Both the position numbers and the translations under genes were made by a program. 64,000 bases of DNA, from assembly GCA_046052125.1 (NCBI GenBank), contig JBJOMY010000003.1, forward strand, positions 128,001 to 192,000. Reading direction: 5' to 3'. The DNA is from Cyanobacteriota bacterium (GTDB lineage: Bacteria; Cyanobacteriota; Cyanobacteriia; PCC-6307; Cyanobiaceae). Under the pieces are notes generated by a model. That model was not told where the DNA came from. It worked only from the letters and a program-made list of their open reading frames with translations, and ran no database searches. Positions 56,806 to 64,000 of this stretch are shown here, piece after piece (positions within the stretch are counted from its first letter, which is position 1; each line of letters opens with the position of its first letter).

Positions 56806-57270
56806 GTGCTGCGTCGTCGCAAATCCCTGCTGCGGCTGTTCCGTCAGCGCCTGCTCTGGCTCTGGCACCACGAGGGCAGCCACGGCCAGCGGGCCCGGGG
56901 CCTGGCAGCGGGTGTGTTCACCGGTTGCTACCCCTTCTTTGGCCTGCAGATCGTGCTTGGGGTGGGCTTGGCCAGCCTGGTGCGGGGCAACCATCTGCTG
57001 GCCGCGGCCGGCACCTGGATCAGCAACCCCCTCACCTCCCTGCCCCTCTACTGGTTCAACTACCAAGTGGGCAGCTGGCTGCTGGGCCCAGGGCCCGGCT
57101 TCCCTTCAATGCAGCAGGTGCAGGAGCAGGGCCTATGGGCGTTGGGCCTCTCCTTCACCAGTCGCTTGATGCTGGGCTCCACGGTGGTGGGTGTGCTGAG
57201 CGCCTTGCTGATCGGCGGCCTCTATTGGTCGATGCTCAAGCGCCGCCAGCAGCAAAACACTCACAACTGA
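56806..57270 (+). CDS. DUF2062-family membrane protein
   Basis: ARGLAAGVFTGCYPFFGLQ, GTWISNPLT, YQVGSWLLG. Confidence 0.8.
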   Translation: MLRRRKSLLRLFRQRLLWLWHHEGSHGQRARGLAAGVFTGCYPFFGLQIVLGVGLASLVRGNHLLAAAGTWISNPLTSLPLYWFNYQVGSWLLGPGPGFPSMQQVQEQGLWALGLSFTSRLMLGSTVVGVLSALLIGGLYWSMLKRRQQQNTHN

Positions 57271-58274
57271 GGCTGGCCCGCATCGGAGGGCACCCGTTTC
57301 CAGCCCGCCAGCACGCCGAGAATGTCGGCCGCGCTCACCAGACCCACGAACGCACCGAATTCATCCACCACCACCCGCACGGAGGTGCGATCCCCCCGGC
57401 GGAAGGAGGTGAGTAGGCGATCGGCACGGATCATCTCCGGCACATAGCTGGGGGCTTCGCACAGATCAGCCACCAGCCGATCGCCGCCGCCACGCAGCAG
57501 TTCGCTCAGGGCCTCCTCACGGCTCTGCACCCCGAGCACCTCATCCACCTCTGCACCGAGCACCACCCACCAAGCGTCCTCGGGTGCCTGCAGGATCTCC
57601 TCGCGCACGCTGTTCAGGCTCACGGCGCCCGACAGCGAAGGGGTCGCCACCCGAGACACCATCAGATCACGGGCGGTGAGGTCGTTGAGGGCGAACACCT
57701 TGCCGATCATCGCCGCCTCATCGGCTTCGATCTGGCCCTGCTGGGAGCCCAGCCTGGCCATCAGGTGAATCTCGCGCTCGTTGGTGGTGAGCTCCGCTTC
57801 CGCGGTGATCGCCGGCATCAGCTTCTCGAGCAGCAGCAGGATCGGCAGGCTGATGCGCTCCAGCACCAGCAGCACGCGGGCCGAAGCCAGAGAGATGCCC
57901 ATCGAGAAGCTGTTGCCGATCGCCTTCGGCAGGATTTCGGCGAACAGGATCACCAGCAGCGTGAACAGCACGTTGAAGGCGATCAGGCCCGCCGCTCCGC
58001 CGAAGCCCGTTTCAAACACCTGATCGGCGTGGCTACCCAGCACCATCGAGCCGGAGATGTTGAACAGGTTGTTGGCCACCACCAGCAAGGCCAGCGCCCG
58101 CCCCGGCCGGGCCTTGATCCGCTCCAGGGCGCGGGCCCCCGGCACCCGCTGCTGGCCGAGGGTGTGCACCTGAATCGGGTTCACCGTGAGGATCGCCGCC
58201 TCCACGCCGGTGGCAATCGCTGAACCCACCAAGATCACCGCCCCCAGGACGATGAGGGCAAGCAAGGGGTTCAT
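57261..58274 (-). CDS. CNNM/DUF21 plus CBS-domain protein (CorB/CorC-like)
   Basis: EAAILT, NNLFNI, FAEILPKAIG, TARDLM, VVDEFGAFVGLV. Confidence 0.85.
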   Translation of the reverse strand: MNPLLALIVLGAVILVGSAIATGVEAAILTVNPIQVHTLGQQRVPGARALERIKARPGRALALLVVANNLFNISGSMVLGSHADQVFETGFGGAAGLIAFNVLFTLLVILFAEILPKAIGNSFSMGISLASARVLLVLERISLPILLLLEKLMPAITAEAELTTNEREIHLMARLGSQQGQIEADEAAMIGKVFALNDLTARDLMVSRVATPSLSGAVSLNSVREEILQAPEDAWWVVLGAEVDEVLGVQSREEALSELLRGGGDRLVADLCEAPSYVPEMIRADRLLTSFRRGDRTSVRVVVDEFGAFVGLVSAADILGVLAGWKRVPSDAGQPQL

Positions 58275-58343
58275 CAAACGGGTTGACCAGTGTCCTGGCC
58301 CGGACCTTACCTACGGTGACCCAGCTGACCAGCCCCAGGCTCG

Positions 58344-59753
58344 ATGACCGTTGCTCGCCCGAGCCGACCGATAGAGGCCCTCAATCGCTGGCGTCAGCAG
58401 CTCACGGTGCCCCAGTTCACGGTGGTCACCGGCCTGATCGTGATTGTGGTGGGCACCTTTCTGCTCGCCTCACCGCTCTGCTCCACCGACGACGTTGGCC
58501 TCTGGCAGGCCCTGTTCACCGTGACCTCGGCGATCACCGTGACCGGTCTCTCGATCATCGTGGTGGACCGCGATCTCACCCTGCTCGGTCAGGTGGTGCT
58601 CGCTGGCTTGATCATCACCGGCGGCCTCGGCTTGATGGCGATCACCACCTTCCTGCAGGGGTTCGTGCAGGGACGCTCCGGGCTGCGGCATCGCCTCGAT
58701 AAGGGGCGTGCATTGGACGAATTCGGTGTGGGCGGCATCGGCCCCACCTTCAACAGCATCCTGCTCACCGCCTTCTGCGTGATGGGTGCAGGTGCGGTGA
58801 TTCTGTATGCGTTTGGTTTCACCGATATCAGTAATCCGCTGCAGCGGATGTGGGCATCCCTGTTTCATGTGATCAGCGCTTACAACAACGCCGGCTTTGG
58901 TCTGTGGGAACAGAATTTGGTGGGCTATCGCGATAACCCCGTGGTGAATGGGGTGATCGCTTCGATGATCGTGATCGGCGGCATCGGCTGGCGGGTGATC
59001 AATGATCTCTGGGCGAATCGCAAACGTCTGCGCCGCGTTGGCTGCCTCAATCTGCACACGCGCCTGGTGTTGCGCAGCACCCTGGTGCTGATTGTGCTCG
59101 GCTGCATTGGCTTGCTGGTGACCGAACACTTCGGCTATCAGGCCACGGCCATGGGCAATCTCAATCTCTGGCAGAAGATTCAGATCACCCTGTTTCAATC
59201 GATCACCACCCGCACGGCTGGCTTCAACACCATTCCGCTCTCAGCTGAAACGATCACCGATGCGGGGTTGTTGTTGATGATCCTGCTGATGTTCATCGGC
59301 GCTAGCCCAGGGGGGACCGGCGGCGGGATCAAAACCACCACCTTCGCCATCCTTGTGGGAGCCACCCGCTCCACCCTGCAGGGCCGCAACGATGTGCTGA
59401 TCCACCGCCGTCAGATCCCCGATGGCACAGTGCTCAGGGCCGTGGGTGTGACCCTCGCCTCGCTGTTGTTTGTGGTGCTGATGGCCCTGCTGCTGGGCAT
59501 CGGCCCAACGGCCGGGGGTGTGCCAGGCCACCAGAACTACAGCTTCATTGAAAAGCTGTACACCTGCGTATCGGCCTTCGGCACCGTGGGCCTGGATCTG
59601 GGCGTGACCGCCAACCTCAACCGCTGGGGGCAGCTGGTGCTCATGGTGGGGATGTTCGTGGGACGGATCGGGATCCTCTTGCTGCTTTCGGCCCTCTACG
59701 GCAACCGCCCCCAGCCGCGGGTGGGCTTCCCCCGCGAGGATCTCTACGTCTAG
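58344..59753 (+). CDS. ktrB: Ktr/Trk K+ uptake membrane subunit
   Basis: Four pore loops: TVTGLS, NNAGF, RTAGF, GTVGL; SPGGTGGGIKTTT. Confidence 0.9.
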   Translation: MTVARPSRPIEALNRWRQQLTVPQFTVVTGLIVIVVGTFLLASPLCSTDDVGLWQALFTVTSAITVTGLSIIVVDRDLTLLGQVVLAGLIITGGLGLMAITTFLQGFVQGRSGLRHRLDKGRALDEFGVGGIGPTFNSILLTAFCVMGAGAVILYAFGFTDISNPLQRMWASLFHVISAYNNAGFGLWEQNLVGYRDNPVVNGVIASMIVIGGIGWRVINDLWANRKRLRRVGCLNLHTRLVLRSTLVLIVLGCIGLLVTEHFGYQATAMGNLNLWQKIQITLFQSITTRTAGFNTIPLSAETITDAGLLLMILLMFIGASPGGTGGGIKTTTFAILVGATRSTLQGRNDVLIHRRQIPDGTVLRAVGVTLASLLFVVLMALLLGIGPTAGGVPGHQNYSFIEKLYTCVSAFGTVGLDLGVTANLNRWGQLVLMVGMFVGRIGILLLLSALYGNRPQPRVGFPREDLYV

Positions 59754-59774
59754 AAAGGTTTGGTCAGGCTTGAA

Positions 59775-60488
59775 ATGACAACCGTGAACCAGTGGTGGCA
59801 GTGGGGCGGCGGGCCTGAGGGGCAGCGCGGTGGGTTCGCGGTGATTGGTGTGGGCCGTTTTGGCTCCTCGGTGTGCGCTGAGCTGCTGCGGGCCGGCGCC
59901 GATGTGCTGGCGATCGATTCCAGCCAGCGCGCGATCGACGCCCTGCGCCAGCTCGATGCCTCGATCGAAGCGCGGGTGGTGGATTGCACCGATGAAGAAG
60001 CCCTGCGTGCTGCCGGTGTGCTCGAGATGGAAACCGTTGTGGTGGCCATGAGTGACCCGATCGAAGCCAGCATCACGGCCACCTTGATCTGCAAGGACGC
60101 GCCCGGTTCAAAGGTGCGTCAGGTGATTGCACGCGCCACCAGCGATCTGCACGTGAAGATGCTGCAGCGCGTGGGTGCTGATCGGGTGGTGTTCCCCTCA
60201 AAAATGATGGGAACGCGCCTCGGTGTGGAACTGGTGCGCCCCAACCTGCTCGAGCAGTTGCGTCTCGACGATCGCAGCTGCATTGAGGAGATCAAGGTGC
60301 CCCAATCCTTCGTGGGCCATTCGCTGCGCGATCTCAACCTGCGCAAACACTTCAATGTGAATGTGTTGGCCGCCGGTCCGGCGGGGCAGTTGCATGTGAA
60401 TCCACCGGCGTCCCATGTGCTCGCTCAGGGTGAATTGCTGGTGGTGATGGGTTCTGAGGAGTCGCTGCGCTCCTTGCCTGGCAGTTGA
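59775..60488 (+). CDS. ktrA: Ktr/Trk regulatory RCK subunit
   Basis: VIGVGRFG Rossmann motif, GADRVVFP, C-terminal RCK_C domain. Confidence 0.88.
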   Translation: MTTVNQWWQWGGGPEGQRGGFAVIGVGRFGSSVCAELLRAGADVLAIDSSQRAIDALRQLDASIEARVVDCTDEEALRAAGVLEMETVVVAMSDPIEASITATLICKDAPGSKVRQVIARATSDLHVKMLQRVGADRVVFPSKMMGTRLGVELVRPNLLEQLRLDDRSCIEEIKVPQSFVGHSLRDLNLRKHFNVNVLAAGPAGQLHVNPPASHVLAQGELLVVMGSEESLRSLPGS

Positions 60489-60494
60489 GTGTGG

Positions 60495-60528
60495 GCCGGC
60501 CTGTGGGCTTTCCCACACCGCCGGCTTT
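60495..60528 (+). terminator. Possible terminator after ktrA
   Basis: GCCGGC-c-TGTGGG-cttt-CCCACA-cc-GCCGGC-TTT; short U tract. Confidence 0.45.
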
Positions 60529-60543
60529 AAGGGTTGTGCATAA

Positions 60544-61881
<1,338 letters not shown>

Positions 61882-61914
61882 CGCCCACTCCGTTCGCCCG
61901 CTCGAGCTCACCCG

Positions 61915-63525
61915 ATGGAACTCACCCTCTGGACCTACGAAGGCCCCCCGCACGTGGGCGCCATGCGCGTTGCCGCCTCGATGGAGGGGGTGCACTACGT
62001 GCTGCATGCCCCCCAGGGCGACACCTACGCCGATCTGCTGTTCACGATGATCGAGCGGCGCGATAAGCGCCCGCCCGTGACCTACACCACCTTCCAGGCC
62101 CGTGATCTGGGCGGAGACACCGCGGAGTTGGTGAAGCGCTCGATCGCTGATGCGGTGCAGCGCTTCAGGCCCGAGGCGCTGCTGGTGGGCGAGAGCTGCA
62201 CCGCCGAGTTGATCCAGGACCAGCCCGGCGCCCTGGCGGCTGGCATGGAGCTGGGCGGCATCCCGATCGTGAATCTGGAGCTCCCCGCCTACTCGAAAAA
62301 AGAGAACTGGGGCGCCGCCGAAACCTTCTACCAACTGGTGCGCGGCCTGCTCAAGCCGCAGCTGCCGCCCCCCGGTAGCCCGAAGCCTGAGGCCAGCCGC
62401 TGGCGCGCCGAGGGACGCCGGCCGCGGCTCAACCTGCTCGGCCCCACCCTGCTGGGCTTCCGCTGCCGCGACGACGTGCGCGAGATCACGCAGTTACTGG
62501 CGAGCTATGGCATCGATGTGGCGGTGGTGGCGCCCCTGGGGGCCCGTCCCGCCGATCTGGAGCGCATCCCTACTGCGGACGCCAACGTGTGCCTTTACCC
62601 GGAGCTGGCGGGCACGCTCTGCAGCTGGCTGGAGCGCCAGTTCGGCATGGCCTGCGTGCGCACGGTGCCGATCGGCATCGGCGCCACGGTGGCCTTCCTG
62701 CGGGAGGTGCATGCCGTGCTCGAGCTCGAGTTGCCGGCGGAGCTGCAGCCCGGGCCCGATGGGATCTGTGAGGCGGAGCGCCGCTCGCGGTTGCCCTGGT
62801 ATTCGCGCTCGGTGGATTCCACCTATCTCACCGGTAAGCGGGTGTTCGTGTTTGGTGATGCCACCCACGCCATCGCCGCTGCCCGCATCGCCAGCCGGGA
62901 GCTGGGCTTCAAGGTGGTGGGCCTGGGGAGCTACAGCCGCGAAATGGCCCGCGATGTGCGTGCCGCCGCTGCGGAGCTGGGCCTGGAGGCCCTGATCAGC
63001 GACGACTACCTCGCCGTGGAGGCTGCCATCGCCGAGGCCGCGCCCGAGCTAGTGCTGGGCACCCAGATGGAGCGCCACAGCGCCAAGCGGCTCGGTATCC
63101 CCTGCGCCGTGATCAGCACGCCGTTGCATGTGCAGGATGTGCCGGCCCGATATGCCCCGCAGATGGGTTTTGAGGGGGCGAACGTGATCTTCGATTCCTG
63201 GGTGCACCCGCTGATGATGGGCTTGGAGGAGCACCTGATCGGCATGTTCCGCCACGACTTCGAATTCGTGGATGGCCACCGCAGCCACCTCGGGGATGGG
63301 GCTCCGGCGGCACCCCCGGCTGAGGCGTCCGCGGTGCCGGCGATGGCTGCGGCTGCTGGTGTTGGCCTGAGTTGGAGCCCTGAGGGTGAGGCGGAGCTGG
63401 CCAAGATCCCGTTTTTCGTGCGGGGCAAGGTGCGCAAAAACACCGAGACCTACGCCCGCGAGCGGGGGCTAGCGGTGATCGACAGCGAAGCGCTGTACGA
63501 GGCCAAGGCTCACTTCAGTCGCTGA
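61915..63525 (+). CDS. chlB: Dark-operative protochlorophyllide reductase subunit B
   Basis: [32 protein letters not shown]-terminal KIPFFVRGK domain. Confidence 0.96.
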   Translation: MELTLWTYEGPPHVGAMRVAASMEGVHYVLHAPQGDTYADLLFTMIERRDKRPPVTYTTFQARDLGGDTAELVKRSIADAVQRFRPEALLVGESCTAELIQDQPGALAAGMELGGIPIVNLELPAYSKKENWGAAETFYQLVRGLLKPQLPPPGSPKPEASRWRAEGRRPRLNLLGPTLLGFRCRDDVREITQLLASYGIDVAVVAPLGARPADLERIPTADANVCLYPELAGTLCSWLERQFGMACVRTVPIGIGATVAFLREVHAVLELELPAELQPGPDGICEAERRSRLPWYSRSVDSTYLTGKRVFVFGDATHAIAAARIASRELGFKVVGLGSYSREMARDVRAAAAELGLEALISDDYLAVEAAIAEAAPELVLGTQMERHSAKRLGIPCAVISTPLHVQDVPARYAPQMGFEGANVIFDSWVHPLMMGLEEHLIGMFRHDFEFVDGHRSHLGDGAPAAPPAEASAVPAMAAAAGVGLSWSPEGEAELAKIPFFVRGKVRKNTETYARERGLAVIDSEALYEAKAHFSR

Positions 63526-63598
63526 GCATCACAGACGCCTACAACCTGTGGCGCTCCAGGTGGGGCACTCCACTCTTGGGTAGGACTCAAGCGCCGCC

Positions 63599-64000
63599 AT
63601 GTGCATCGGATGTGAGCTCAGCCAGCAGCTGAGCAGCTGCTTCAGCCAGGCGGTGCTGGCTCGCGCGGGCAGCACCACGAGCCGGCGACGGGTGCTGCAA
63701 GCCGGCGCCCTGATGGCCGCCTCCGCAGTGGCGCCGAGCCTGCTGAAAGCTGAAGCCAAGGCGGTGCCAGCTGATGGCAAGGCTGACTGGCTGTTTGAAG
63801 GCGGCACGATCCTCACGATGGAGGTCGACATACCCCGCGCCGAAGCGGTGGCGGTGCGCGGCAACACGATTGTGTACGTGGGTGATCGCCGCGGCGCCCA
63901 GCGCTGGCTGGGTGCCAACACGCAGCGGGTGGATCTCAAAGGGCGGATCTTGCTGCCGGGGCTGATTGATAGCCACGTGCATCCGCTCTTGGGTGGATTG
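63599..64000 (+). CDS. Tat-exported YtcJ-like amidohydrolase (3' truncated by window)
   Basis: Hand translation MCIGCEL...TSRRRVLQAGAL...AEAVAVRGNTIVYVG...VDLKGRILLPGLIDSHVH, with the HxH metal motif. Not in the ORF track. Confidence 0.85.
   Translation, partial: MCIGCELSQQLSSCFSQAVLARAGSTTSRRRVLQAGALMAASAVAPSLLKAEAKAVPADGKADWLFEGGTILTMEVDIPRAEAVAVRGNTIVYVGDRRGAQRWLGANTQRVDLKGRILLPGLIDSHVHPLLGGL

Overview
GC-rich chromosomal window of a picocyanobacterium with alpha-carboxysomes, resembling freshwater or brackish Synechococcus/Cyanobium lineages. Positions 1-33 kb form a CO2-concentrating-mechanism superlocus after the 3' end of dnaA. It holds cbbX, acRAF, NDH-1(4) (ndhF4-ndhD4-cupB), a bacterioferritin-like gene, the cso operon (csoS1, cbbL, cbbS, csoS2, csoSCA, csoS4A/B, csoS1E), sbtAB, HAM1, csoS1D, a KimA-like permease, NDH-1(3) (ndhF3-ndhD3-cupA-cupS), bioA and BCT1 (cmpABCD). 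Positions 33-49 kb hold a group-2 sigma factor, a lower-GC patch, a Cys-rich DUF6671-like protein and a nitrogen cluster: a glutamine riboswitch ahead of a DUF4278 gene divergent from amt1, an amtB plus second-PII pair, and an amino-acid ABC transporter. Positions 49-60 kb are mostly cation transporters, followed by chlN-chlB and a Tat-exported amidohydrolase. No tRNA, rRNA, CRISPR array or mobile-element gene was seen. The most notable non-annotated signals are the riboswitch and its probable ON-switch pairing, a recurring C(A/C)UUCCA leader motif, a 14-bp direct repeat flanking sbtAB, shared LysR-type palindromes upstream of csoS1 and cmpA, a PII paralog with N49/F51, and tandem zinc-ribbon membrane microproteins. 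Family assignments come from recognised motifs, not database searches.
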